Position numbers and translations under genes: made by a program
IMG/VR virus record: IMGVR_UViG_3300044846_001970
Location: 1 to 64,000 of that record
DNA: 64,000 bases
Origin: a virus
Direction: 5' to 3' (one strand)
Notes under the pieces: model-generated
Told to the model about the DNA's origin: nothing
The model's database searches: none
What the model saw: only the letters and a program-made list of their open reading frames with translations
Shown: piece after piece, positions 1 to 11,100 of the stretch
How positions within the stretch are numbered: the first letter of the stretch is position 1
Layout of the letters: the number at the start of each line of letters is the position of its first letter

Positions 1-3000
1 TCTTAGACTCTGACTCTATTACACCAAACTCAGTTAATACTTTAACTGCTGCTTTATCTTTTACATACATCTTAGAAGTATCTGCTCCTTCTACTAAATT
101 AGCATATGAACCACCAAGTAATCTTTGCTGTTTTGCATATTCCCGGATTAAAGGTTGAGATAAGAATTTAACAGCATGTGCTGCAGGTACACCCGCTTTT
201 AATAACATAAGTAGCATAGGAGATAACTCCATGTTACCTTGAATAAAAAATATCCAAGCATCTTTTTCAACATCAACTGTACCATTAATTAACTGTGAGT
301 ACAATTCTGATATTAAATCCCCATCTTGTGTTTGTATTCCTGATAAAGATATTCTTCCATCTTTTGTTATATTATGTGGTAGAAAAAGTTTTGAATCTAA
401 ATCTTTTGTTCCTTCTACCATTTGACCTAAATTAAAATCAAATTCAGTATTCTTATATGTCTTTGGCATTGCTGCACCTAGTGAATTAAATACAGGATGT
501 AATGCATTAAATAAGGCTACTAAACCTAACACAGATTTACCAACCATATTAGCTTCATGCTTATGAATATTATATAGAGGCTCTAATGTTCTTGTAGGGC
601 TAATAGCTCTTTTAGCTTTTTTGCCAGCTCTTTGTTCTTCACTATGGTAATTTTGAAATCTATTATAGTCAGTTACCTTATCCTCTAACTTATCAGCTAT
701 CTCATCTTTTAATAAGTAAGTAGCATTAGGTCTTATTAAAGATGCATAATTAGAAGGAAGTTTTAAAATATCATTAATAGTAGTAATTAATCTGTTTTCT
801 AAAGCTGCTTTTTGTTTTGCTATAACTCTTTCATTAAGAGCAGTTCCTTCAGCAGTTCCTTTATTTTGTTTTATAATATTTTTTAAACTTTCATTTGAAA
901 GACCCGATTCTATAAACTTACCAAATTTATCAAGAGCAGGCATAAATGTTGTAAGTTTATCAACATCAAAGTCAGCTCCTGATTTAGCAACAATCTCAGT
1001 TGGAGGTATAATAAGATTACCTGCAGACTCATCTAAAAATTCATGTACTTCCATAAACTCCATTGAGTTAAGTCCTTGTACAGGAATCCTAACAGCAGTA
1101 AGGGTTACAGCTTTTCTATTAGTACCTTCATTAAGCCATTCTTCATCTTTAATTGCCTCATTTAATCTTGCTCTAGTACCTATCTTTGCGCCTTTATAGT
1201 TTAAATTTAATAAATTTACAAAGTCTCCCTGTAAAGAAATAGCAACTTTCATTGCAGATGTACCATCCTTTGAATAGTTATAAAAAGGTAAATTATTAGT
1301 ACCCATAAACTTTCTTACAGACTCTTCATTACCTGCTTCAAACTTAGTACTTGTTCCCCACATACCATTTGTCATAGCACTGGAAACTTGTACAAGAGCT
1401 TCACCCTTAATTTTCTGACGGATTAATCTTTTCTCAATTAAAGAAACAAGAACTTTTTCTATATCATCAGATTTAAGATGTAATGATAGATCTGTCTTTA
1501 ATGTATTATCCAGATTCATATTAATAAACTCAATATGGTGTTCTGCTACATCTTTTCTAGTTAATTCTTTTTGAATTAATTTTAAGAAGTTTTCAAAATT
1601 ACCTGTATACTTACCTGTTTCTGGATTATACTCATAGTTAATTTCATTTAAAAGTTCAAGCTTAAGCAAATCTCCATAATCATCTACAGCTTTCTCATAT
1701 GCTTTTATAGCAGTTACATTATCTTTATTAATGATCTCACCATCTGCATACAAATTACTTAAAATAATCTTTCTTAACTGAGTAGCAAATACAGTCTTAC
1801 CTTTGTAAGTAGCTGGTACTTTAGTTACATCCTTAAGATATTCAAGGTATATAGTATTAGGAGTAAACTTAATATCTTCCTTTAAAGTTTTATTATCAGA
1901 ATTTGCTTCATAGATCTCATCTGCTGAACCATTACTTGTTACACTACCTACTTTAGATCCAGACTGAAATGTAACATACTGGATGTTCTTTTTCATCATT
2001 TGATTATGAAGATTTTCTAAATCAGAACCTTTAACCATTGATGGAATAAGAGGAGCTAATGCAAACTTATGCATAGCCATTACAGGAATCATTGTATTTG
2101 CTAAGTGACCGTAATTTTGTAACTTATATACTGGAAACATTTCTACAATATCTGCTTTAGATACTGGAATATTTTTAATTATTTTTTTAAATAAATCTTC
2201 TTGTAAATCACTCCATTGTCCAGAAGCTTGTTTAAGTGCCCGGTAGGCATCAAAAGTAATCCATCCTTGCCCATCACCTTCTTCCATTTCTAAATACTTA
2301 GAACTTTCAGCAGCAACTCTCATCTTTACAGCAGCCTGTACTTTATCCGCAGGTAATACTTTAGAAAGTTTTTCAGTATAATCTTTAGTTAAACCTTCTC
2401 TAATTTGATCTATATATTTAGAATCTCTTTTAAGTTCTTGAACTATTGCAGTATTAAGTTTACCAGTATATGTTAAAGTTTCCATACCAGGAATAGTAGC
2501 AGCAAAAGATACTTTAGAATTAAGATCATTTAAAAATGATTTTATAGTATTATCTACTCTAAACTTAAGACCACCAGAAGTTGATCCTGTATTTCTTTTA
2601 TGTAACTCTTCTTTTTCATGGTTGTATTGTGCAATATCTCCATAAACTAAAGTAGCTGTTTCAAAGTTCTGAATCCATGTATTTACAGTATAAGCTTTAA
2701 TTAAAGCTCTTTCTGTTTCTTCAGTACTCATGTTATATATCTTAAGGTTGTCCACAAGGTCAGGACTTAAGTATTTTGCTTGTTCATAAAAGCCTACTGA
2801 ATCATTTGTTAACTGAGTAAAATAAGATGTAATATCTTTTTCAATTTTTCTTTTAAGTTCAGGATCAGTTTTTAAATAATCTTCAAGTCTAATATTTGGA
2901 TCTGTAACAGCATCTAATATATCTTGTTTAGTTTTTTCAGTAAGGACATTATCAAAAGCTGTAAAGTTTTCTCCTGCTACTGTACCATCTGCCATTGGAC

Positions 3001-6000
3001 GGTTATATCCTTTATAATTTTTAAATAGTTCAGGATTACTTCTAAATTTATTAATTCTTTCAAGTTCTCCAGCAAGATAAGGAATCATATGTGTTTTGAT
3101 AGCATAGTCATCCGCAGTTCCTATAGCAAACTTATCTATGTTTACCCATAATCTTGAATCCTCTTTTCCTCTATCAATACCTTCATTAATACCACCATCC
3201 ACTCTCATACCAAATGAAGCTTGCTTAGATGCATGTCTTATAAACTCTATAAGACCACCTTTAAGCATACTATTCATTTCCTGTAAGAACTTTCCATTAG
3301 CATCTAAAGATGTAGTATTAGTTCCACCATCTTCTGCTTCTACTTGTGTTCCAGAGTTAATAAATAATTGTAAACTCTTACCTTCTCTCTTTGTAAAGTT
3401 ATCTCTAAAGTCAAATATGTTATTAAATGTTTGCAATCTTTTTGTGAATGAATTAATCTCAGGATTTAAGTAACTCATGAATTCAAATTCACTACCCTTA
3501 GTCCAAAGTTCCTTCATATTTTTTGCATTATTTATAGCATATGTAATCATACTAGCTGTATGATCATCTATATGTTCAAATACTAAATTTCTTTCTGCAT
3601 TTAATACTGCAAAATTTGCAGAGTCAGCTCCATATAAAGCTTGAAGAGAAACAATATTATTAATTGTACTTCTTTGATTTACTTCTTTTGTTCCAAGTAC
3701 ACCAGCTTCAATACCTTTAGATAAAGAAATAACTGGATTCATTCTAAAATTAGTTATTGCATCTCTTACTTTAGGTGATATATTTGCTGATTCATTAAGA
3801 ACATTCATATCAAAAAGATTCTTATAGATAAATGGTAAACCATATTTTTCTTTTGCTTTTTGATTTTTATTAAGTTCAGATTTAATAACTGTTAAATCAT
3901 CTAGATATAATCCTATTGCTCTAGCAAATTCATATGATTTACTAGCATTAAGAACTCCATTAATACCAAAGTCTTCAACTACTTTCTTTAAATTAAGGAA
4001 TGCAATATTATTATCTGTTGATCTTTCAATATATTTATTATTGAGATCACTCTTAAATTTAGCTTCAAACTTTTTAAGAATACTTAAAGTTTCTATTGAA
4101 GCTTTAGTAACTTCAGCAACATTATTTTCAAAAATAGTTGTTTGTAAGTAAGTTACTCTAGTTCTTTGCACATCCTGCCAAAAATTAGTTGATGTTTTTA
4201 AGTCATAAATATTTGCAATACTTTCTGATTTAGGTAATTTACTTTCTAAAAGTTGTTTAAATTCAGGATATGTTTCTTGACTAGCTTCTTTAATTTTTTC
4301 AAGAATTAATGGAAGATTTTTTTCTCCACTAACAGCTCTCATTAAGTTATTCCATGTAGTAGCAAAATCAGCTAGTTCTTTATAACCAAGTTCATTTAAA
4401 ACATTATTACCATTTTCAAGTTTATGTAAACTTTTAAGAATGTATAAAGTTTCTTTGCTAGCAAGATCTAATAAAGATTGTTTACCAACTTTTTTATCAA
4501 AATCATTTGGAACAGAGTCATCATTAGAAATAATTGGTGTACCATCTTTATCTAATTCTTCATCTACTTCTAAATCTACTTCAATAAATTTCTGAGCTAA
4601 TACATTAAAAGTACTATTCTCTAAATGATATTTAATAACACCTTTTTTTGCATCTCCAAAATTTTCTAAAGCTGCTTTAAAAATTCTAATTGTATTATTT
4701 AACTTTTCAGCTTCTATAATTTCTGCAGGATCTTCTTTGATTGCATCATATTTAATTTGAGCATCTCCAAGTTTTTTTTCAAAATCTTTTCTTACTAAAT
4801 CATATAAAGCATTACGGTTTGTTTCTCCTATAAATAATCTTAATGTAGGAGATGAATTGCCTTGCTCTTTACCAACATTATCAACAATATCTGAAATATA
4901 AGAGTCAATACTTTTTGATATTGTATTACTATCTTGTTTGCTTAATACATCAAGTTCAGTATTTTCAATACTACCAATGCCTCTATTAAGAACATTAAAA
5001 GAAAAAGTATCTACTACTGGAGAATACTTATTTAAAAAGTTTTTATTTTTATCAGCAAAATATAAATTTTTAAATAAAGTTTCTTTTGTAGATTTCTTAG
5101 TAAATAATTGCTTTAAGAAATTAGCAATCCTTCTAAAAATTGAATTTCTAACAGGAGATCCTTTCTTAACACCCTGGTCAATACCATATGTTCTAAAATC
5201 TTCTGCTAGGTATTCTTCAAGTTGTAAATAAGAAGCATCAGAAAACTTAACTGTAGTACCATCTAATAATGTAAATGTACCTTTCTGTTTTGCTACTTCA
5301 TTATATAATTGAGTTCTTTGTGCGGGAGTAAGAAATATTTGTGAGAATGCATGCCATGCTTCATGATAAACATCTACAAGAGTTCCCCTGGAACCAATTT
5401 CAATTTTACCAAACTTCTCATTTAACTTAGAACCATAAGCAATAAACTTAGCATATACATCTGAGTTAACAATGTTTACCATTGTTTTAAAATCAATATA
5501 TTTTGCTAATGGTGAATTACTCCACCACTCTTGAGCAGAATCAATATCTTGTTGTGTTATTTTACCTAAGTCAACTCCTTTTCTATCTAATTCAAATAAA
5601 GAAGAAAGACCTCCTTTACTTGGGTTATTAGTATTTTCTGGATTAACAATATTGTCTATAGATTTAGTAGTTGTAACAGGAGTACCTATTGATTTTTGAA
5701 TTGCATCTTTAATTTCTGCTAATACTCTTTCTGTTTCTGCAACTGTAGTCCTATCAGGATAATTAATTCCTTTTACAAGCTCTTCAAAAATAGTTTCATT
5801 AAAACCATTTGGAACTTTAACATTTACAATAGTACGTCCGCCCTCTCTTCCATCCATGGAAATACCTTCAATTATAACACCAAGTATACCATCCTTAATA
5901 TAGTGCTTAGTTTTACCATATCTTCTTAATTTACTTAACTCTTGACCTTCATCACCCATCTTTAAAGAATTGTCATCAGTGATAATAATTTCCATTCCCT

Positions 6001-8104
6001 TTACAGTAGTAGATTTCACATTAAAATTTAAAACTACAGGTTCAGCTTTAGTATCTGTAGTAGTAGAATCTAATTTTTTTCTTTCAGCAAATATCTTTTC
6101 CATATCTGCTGTTGTTGCTATAAAAATAGCTTGTTGTCTTATACTTAAAGGTTCTCCTTTTAAATAAGCATCAGCAATATCATTTAGAATTTTATCAGAA
6201 ACAAAATTTGATTCTGTAAATGCATTAAATGCTAAATCAGAAATAGGTTCTTCATTTAATTCTACTTCAGGTTCATTTAATGCATTATCTAATTGAGTAA
6301 CAAAATCAGAAGGTAGACTAAACTTCATGTATGAATTAAAGAAACCAGGATCTGTTTGTGGACTTAGTTTAATTTTAGCATTTGGTAATGTTTCAAGAAG
6401 AGGTAAATAAGGACTTAATTCAGTTGCTATTTCACCAGTTTCAAGATTATAATCTAAATAACCATTTCTTCCTAATGCTTCTGCATTATATGACATTTTA
6501 GCACCATAAAAATTACCATACTTATCTTTAGCTGCATTTGTTAATACCTCTTCAAATATTGACTCTTTTCCATTTAACTCTTCATTTGTAAGAGAAAATG
6601 TTTTACCAGAACCTTCTTCTAAAGTTTTTTCAGTATATGAAAATAATAAAGTATTAGTTCCTGCATTATAATTAATCTTATGTCTTCTAGTTGAAGGAGA
6701 AGCATTATCTGATAAAAATTGATTTACAAAATTATACTTTTTTTCATTAGATATTTCAGGATTAGCTAATACTGCAGCAATCTTTTTTATTAAATCTCCA
6801 GGTGTTCTTACACCTTTAACATTATCAACAGGTAAGTTAGGTCTATCAAGTGGATATTCTTTACCATCTAACTCTATTACAGCTGAGGTATCTCCACCAG
6901 GTGTCATAACAGGTTTAATAGTTCTAAATGTAGCATTATTTACAAAAGCAAATTCTCTTAAATTTTGTAATGTAATTACTTTTTGCCCAATAGATTCTTT
7001 TACTCCAGCACTAAGACCTGTAAAATTTAATAAAGGAGCTTCTCCTCTTTTAGCACTTTCTCTTAAAGCATCTAATTGTGCAAACTCAGCTTGTTGTTTT
7101 TTTGTAACTTCTTCTACAGATTCTCCTGTAATAGCTGCAATTTCTTGAGGTGTTTGTGTAACACCTGCAATACCATAAGCATTAACAACTTCAAATTTAC
7201 CAAAGTTCTTGCGAGTATTTCTTAAGAATTGATAAACAATACCTCCACCTTTTTCTTGTGTAGTAATATTACCCTCAACATCAAAGTATTGATACTTACC
7301 ATCTGCATCTGTTAAGACTAATGCAATAGTATTTATAGTATCTACACCTTTAGGAGTAAGACCTCTGTCATTTATTGCTTTAGATTTTTCAAGAAGATTA
7401 TTTCTTGTTTCTGTATCAAGTTGATCTTTATGAGTCTTTGCTAATTCAGATAAAAGTATTGGCTGAAGTTTTAACTTAACACCTTGGTATGTAATAGTTT
7501 CAGTTATTTCTGCATTTTCATTAGTAGAAACTTTTTTTGCTATACTTTCTAAAGCAGTATATATTCTTTGTTTACCAGTATCAATTCTTTCTTCTATTAG
7601 TCCTTGTTTCTTTGTTGGATTAACAGGAATTAATTGTGACATTGTGGATGTTAAAGCATCAGAAACTCTTAATCTAACAGTTTCCATTCCGTCTGCTGGA
7701 GGATCAACTTCTTTAGCATTTTCTGCCTCAATTTGATTAGCTCTTAATAAAGCCATCTTAGATCTTTGAGTCATCTGTGGTTTAAAATGCTTTAACACAT
7801 TATCAAAACCTTTATCAACATCTTTAAAGCTTTTGCCTAAATCTTTAATAGGATCTAATTTAAGATCTAAGTCATCAAAGGCTGGTTTAGAAGCTATTAC
7901 TCTAATAATAGAAGGAACTTGTTGTAAAAATTTAATGGCTGTATCTTCATCTTTCTTATCAGCAATGCTATTAAAAAGATTTTCCATATACTTATCTGCA
8001 TCAAATATTTTATCAGTACTTTTTAAAGACTCTGATAAAGATTTGTAAACATTTTTGTATAATTTTTCAGCTTGAGGCTGACTTAGTGCACAGGTCATTT
8101 TCAT
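1..8104 (-). CDS. Giant virion-packaged DNA-dependent RNA polymerase (crAss-like two-barrel type) with internal zincin domain; partial, >2700 aa, runs off the left edge
   Basis: Not in the ORF track (no stop in the window). ATG at 8104 (MKMTCALSQPQAEKLY...). In-frame motifs read manually: HEAWH at 5365-5351 followed by LEEYLAEDF, and RIPVQGLNSMEFMEV...GADFDVDK with DFDVD at 973-959. This matches the DxDxD catalytic motif of crAss-like virion RNAPs (DFDID in phi14:2 gp66). The frame was spot-checked at several positions, not codon by codon. Confidence 0.9.
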   Translation of the reverse strand, partial: MKMTCALSQPQAEKLYKNVYKSLSESLKSTDKIFDADKYMENLFNSIADKKDEDTAIKFLQQVPSIIRVIASKPAFDDLDLKLDPIKDLGKSFKDVDKGFDNVLKHFKPQMTQRSKMALLRANQIEAENAKEVDPPADGMETVRLRVSDALTSTMSQLIPVNPTKKQGLIEERIDTGKQRIYTALESIAKKVSTNENAEITETITYQGVKLKLQPILLSELAKTHKDQLDTETRNNLLEKSKAINDRGLTPKGVDTINTIALVLTDADGKYQYFDVEGNITTQEKGGGIVYQFLRNTRKNFGKFEVVNAYGIAGVTQTPQEIAAITGESVEEVTKKQQAEFAQLDALRESAKRGEAPLLNFTGLSAGVKESIGQKVITLQNLREFAFVNNATFRTIKPVMTPGGDTSAVIELDGKEYPLDRPNLPVDNVKGVRTPGDLIKKIAAVLANPEISNEKKYNFVNQFLSDNASPSTRRHKINYNAGTNTLLFSYTEKTLEEGSGKTFSLTNEELNGKESIFEEVLTNAAKDKYGNFYGAKMSYNAEALGRNGYLDYNLETGEIATELSPYLPLLETLPNAKIKLSPQTDPGFFNSYMKFSLPSDFVTQLDNALNEPEVELNEEPISDLAFNAFTESNFVSDKILNDIADAYLKGEPLSIRQQAIFIATTADMEKIFAERKKLDSTTTDTKAEPVVLNFNVKSTTVKGMEIIITDDNSLKMGDEGQELSKLRRYGKTKHYIKDGILGVIIEGISMDGREGGRTIVNVKVPNGFNETIFEELVKGINYPDRTTVAETERVLAEIKDAIQKSIGTPVTTTKSIDNIVNPENTNNPSKGGLSSLFELDRKGVDLGKITQQDIDSAQEWWSNSPLAKYIDFKTMVNIVNSDVYAKFIAYGSKLNEKFGKIEIGSRGTLVDVYHEAWHAFSQIFLTPAQRTQLYNEVAKQKGTFTLLDGTTVKFSDASYLQLEEYLAEDFRTYGIDQGVKKGSPVRNSIFRRIANFLKQLFTKKSTKETLFKNLYFADKNKNFLNKYSPVVDTFSFNVLNRGIGSIENTELDVLSKQDSNTISKSIDSYISDIVDNVGKEQGNSSPTLRLFIGETNRNALYDLVRKDFEKKLGDAQIKYDAIKEDPAEIIEAEKLNNTIRIFKAALENFGDAKKGVIKYHLENSTFNVLAQKFIEVDLEVDEELDKDGTPIISNDDSVPNDFDKKVGKQSLLDLASKETLYILKSLHKLENGNNVLNELGYKELADFATTWNNLMRAVSGEKNLPLILEKIKEASQETYPEFKQLLESKLPKSESIANIYDLKTSTNFWQDVQRTRVTYLQTTIFENNVAEVTKASIETLSILKKFEAKFKSDLNNKYIERSTDNNIAFLNLKKVVEDFGINGVLNASKSYEFARAIGLYLDDLTVIKSELNKNQKAKEKYGLPFIYKNLFDMNVLNESANISPKVRDAITNFRMNPVISLSKGIEAGVLGTKEVNQRSTINNIVSLQALYGADSANFAVLNAERNLVFEHIDDHTASMITYAINNAKNMKELWTKGSEFEFMSYLNPEINSFTKRLQTFNNIFDFRDNFTKREGKSLQLFINSGTQVEAEDGGTNTTSLDANGKFLQEMNSMLKGGLIEFIRHASKQASFGMRVDGGINEGIDRGKEDSRLWVNIDKFAIGTADDYAIKTHMIPYLAGELERINKFRSNPELFKNYKGYNRPMADGTVAGENFTAFDNVLTEKTKQDILDAVTDPNIRLEDYLKTDPELKRKIEKDITSYFTQLTNDSVGFYEQAKYLSPDLVDNLKIYNMSTEETERALIKAYTVNTWIQNFETATLVYGDIAQYNHEKEELHKRNTGSTSGGLKFRVDNTIKSFLNDLNSKVSFAATIPGMETLTYTGKLNTAIVQELKRDSKYIDQIREGLTKDYTEKLSKVLPADKVQAAVKMRVAAESSKYLEMEEGDGQGWITFDAYRALKQASGQWSDLQEDLFKKIIKNIPVSKADIVEMFPVYKLQNYGHLANTMIPVMAMHKFALAPLIPSMVKGSDLENLHNQMMKKNIQYVTFQSGSKVGSVTSNGSADEIYEANSDNKTLKEDIKFTPNTIYLEYLKDVTKVPATYKGKTVFATQLRKIILSNLYADGEIINKDNVTAIKAYEKAVDDYGDLLKLELLNEINYEYNPETGKYTGNFENFLKLIQKELTRKDVAEHHIEFINMNLDNTLKTDLSLHLKSDDIEKVLVSLIEKRLIRQKIKGEALVQVSSAMTNGMWGTSTKFEAGNEESVRKFMGTNNLPFYNYSKDGTSAMKVAISLQGDFVNLLNLNYKGAKIGTRARLNEAIKDEEWLNEGTNRKAVTLTAVRIPVQGLNSMEFMEVHEFLDESAGNLIIPPTEIVAKSGADFDVDKLTTFMPALDKFGKFIESGLSNESLKNIIKQNKGTAEGTALNERVIAKQKAALENRLITTINDILKLPSNYASLIRPNATYLLKDEIADKLEDKVTDYNRFQNYHSEEQRAGKKAKRAISPTRTLEPLYNIHKHEANMVGKSVLGLVALFNALHPVFNSLGAAMPKTYKNTEFDFNLGQMVEGTKDLDSKLFLPHNITKDGRISLSGIQTQDGDLISELYSQLINGTVDVEKDAWIFFIQGNMELSPMLLMLLKAGVPAAHAVKFLSQPLIREYAKQQRLLGGSYANLVEGADTSKMYVKDKAAVKVLTEFGVIESESK

Positions 8105-8107
8105 TTT

Positions 8108-11100
8108 CTAACAGTCTAAATCTTCTAATAATTCATTTAAGGTATCATCCACAGATCCTATTGCATCAGCTTCTTTTTCAAGCTTACTTTGTATAACTTT
8201 ATCATCAGTAAGAATACTAACTATATCATTTGATTCCTCTACTAAAATCTTATCTTCTGTTGTAGTTTTTGTTTCTTCTACTTTTTCTGTAGTTACTTCA
8301 GATTTTAGTTTAAATGTTTTATCTAATGTTTCCATAGGTACAGTCATTTCATTTGTGCGTCCAACAGGTCTTATAGTAACTGTATTAGCAGTAAAATTAA
8401 TTTTAATAATTGTAGCAACTTCATAAGGTTGTAAAAATACTTCTCCTTTATTCTTACCTTTCTCTGCAAATATAGTACTTTCAGCAAAAACTTCATCACC
8501 TGTAGTATAAGATTTTTCTTGCATTACAACAGTTTCCCCTGAAGTTAACAAAGCTCTTCTAGAATCTAACATTTCTTGAACTTGGAACACTTCTTCAGCT
8601 GTCATTGTAAGAGCCTTCATTCCAAAATTAAGTTCAATCATTTGTAATTTATCAAAGTCTGCTTTATTAATTTCAGCTTTAAGTTTTAAAACTGTGTCTG
8701 ATAACTTAGCATCTTCTTCACTTACAGATTTTTCTATAGGTTCAGGAACTTTCTCACCTACAATTTTTTCTACAGAAGCTGACAGAGGTACTGCAGATAC
8801 TGAAGGAGTAGTTGGTGGAATAATTTCATCTAACTTATCTTGCATTTCTTTTGTAATATCTAAATCAATTAGAATCTTACCTGGTTTTAATGCTGTAGAA
8901 GATGTAGGTTTTGATGCTTTAAGGACTTTACCTGTTGTACTATCAAGAAAAATTTCAATTGGAAAAATCTTAGGTGTTGCTTTAATACCAAACATATTGT
9001 ATAATAAGTTCACATAGGCACCTTGTTGGTATGTATTTTCTATTTTCTTTTGATAATCTGCTTTACCAGGAGTATTATAATCTTCCCATTTAGCTTTACT
9101 TCCTGTTTTTAAATCTACAATAAAGAACTCTCCTTTTTTATTTACAAGTAGTAAATCTATTTCTCCTGCAACTTTAGCTTGTTTGTCATAAACAACAAGA
9201 CCCTTAGATACAATAATTAAATCATTAGTATCTATCCATTGTTGAACAATTTGGAATAATCCATTATCACCATATAAAGCATCAAATGCTTCTTTAGTTA
9301 TTTTTTTAGGATCAAAAACAGGTTTTTCACCATTAAAGAAAAGTTTACCTTGAGCATCTATATAATTACCTCCAACTCTATTTTCTTCATATGTTTTTTC
9401 AGTAACTAATGCTTCTACTGCTTCTAATACAGAAGGTTTAGAAACTTCAGTAGTTGTTGTAGTTTGTGTTACTGGAGTTGTTTCTGGTAAAGATTCTGAA
9501 AGTTTAGCTAATCTACTTGCTTGCCGGTCAGTCATCCTATTAGGATTTCCATTATATGCAGCTTGTTCATCCCAAACACTTATAATATCATTAAGTTCAG
9601 CTTTTGATTTTATAACATTTGACTTAAGTGCATTTTCAAGATTTCCAAAAAATAAAAAATTTAAACCTTTAGTTTGATCTTGAGATTGTTGAGTTATTGC
9701 ATTATCTAAAAGACTTGCATAAGTAACAGCAACTTCTGTAGTACTAGTTTTAGCACCTTCTAAAGCAGCTAGTTCTGCATTATACATTTTTTCAAGTTCT
9801 GCAATAACTTCTTCTTTAGTATTTCTATATACACCCTCTCCATCTACCCCTGTAGTAGAAGGTTTAAAATACATACTACTCCATCTACCATCAGACTCTT
9901 GTCTTAAGTATGCGCCTTTAACAGGTCCTGTACTCCATTCTTTTTCTGAAAGACTTTGCTTTTTTCTTCTTTCTATGTCAGCTTTAGTATCTGTAGTAGT
10001 TGTATTTGTTTTATAAACAGGTGTACTAAAAATGTCTTTTGTTGTAAGAAAATCAGTTCTTGCATCACCACCTGAAAATGTATCATTACCTACAAGAGTA
10101 ACAGTAATTCTTTGTTGATAATTTCCTTTTCTATCATTACCTTCTATTGTTTTGTTAATTTTGATTTTTGTATTAGGGTCTAATTTTAATATAGTAAGGT
10201 CACCATTTTCATCTTCAGCATAAAAAGCACTACTATTTTCAGACACAGCTGCTAATTCTCCTACCGTAGTTATAATACCTCCTCCAGACATTTTTATTTC
10301 ATTACCATTTTCATCTACAGCATAAGAATTGTATTCAGTGACTTTATCACCTGATTTAGTAGTTGATCCTTCTTTTTTAACAATACTGTTTTTAAATCCT
10401 GGCTTTCTAGGTTGATTTTCTTGTACTACATTAGTATCTGTAGTAGGTTGTGTACTTTGATCAGCAATAGCAGCTTCTATATCTGCTTTAAATTTATCAA
10501 AGTTATAAGTGTCCTCACCTTTAGTAGACCACATATTAAATCCTGGTAGTTTTGCTTCTATAATTTTTTGAACAAAATCATCTACAGATAAACCAGCACC
10601 AATTGTTTGATTATATAATGCTCTTATCTCATCCATAGAACCATCCATGGCACCATACTGATATACTGAACCCTTAAGCCCTGCAATAACATTACTTACA
10701 CGTCTTAGAATATCTCCTTCTACATCATAACCTGTTGGCATTGGAGTAATCTTTTCTTGTTCTTTTTGAAGTTGATCAATTATTACTTGAGCTTTTTGAA
10801 GTTCAGGACTCATTTCCTTAACTCTTTCATTTTCAATATAAGCAGAAAGTATATTTGCTTTTATTTTAAGTCTAGCAAAATCTTCTCTTTCTTGTGGACT
10901 TAACTTACTAGCATCTTTGTTATTCATTTCTGATATAAGTAATCTATATCTTTTAAGAGCTGCCTGTAGAGTAGCATCATCTACTTCGTCAGCTGAAACA
11001 GTTTTACCATTTGGTAATGTAATCATTGGTACAACAACATCTCCAGAAGGTTCTGTAGCAGTTTTTAATTTTTGTTCTTTTAAATATGTTTCAATAATTT

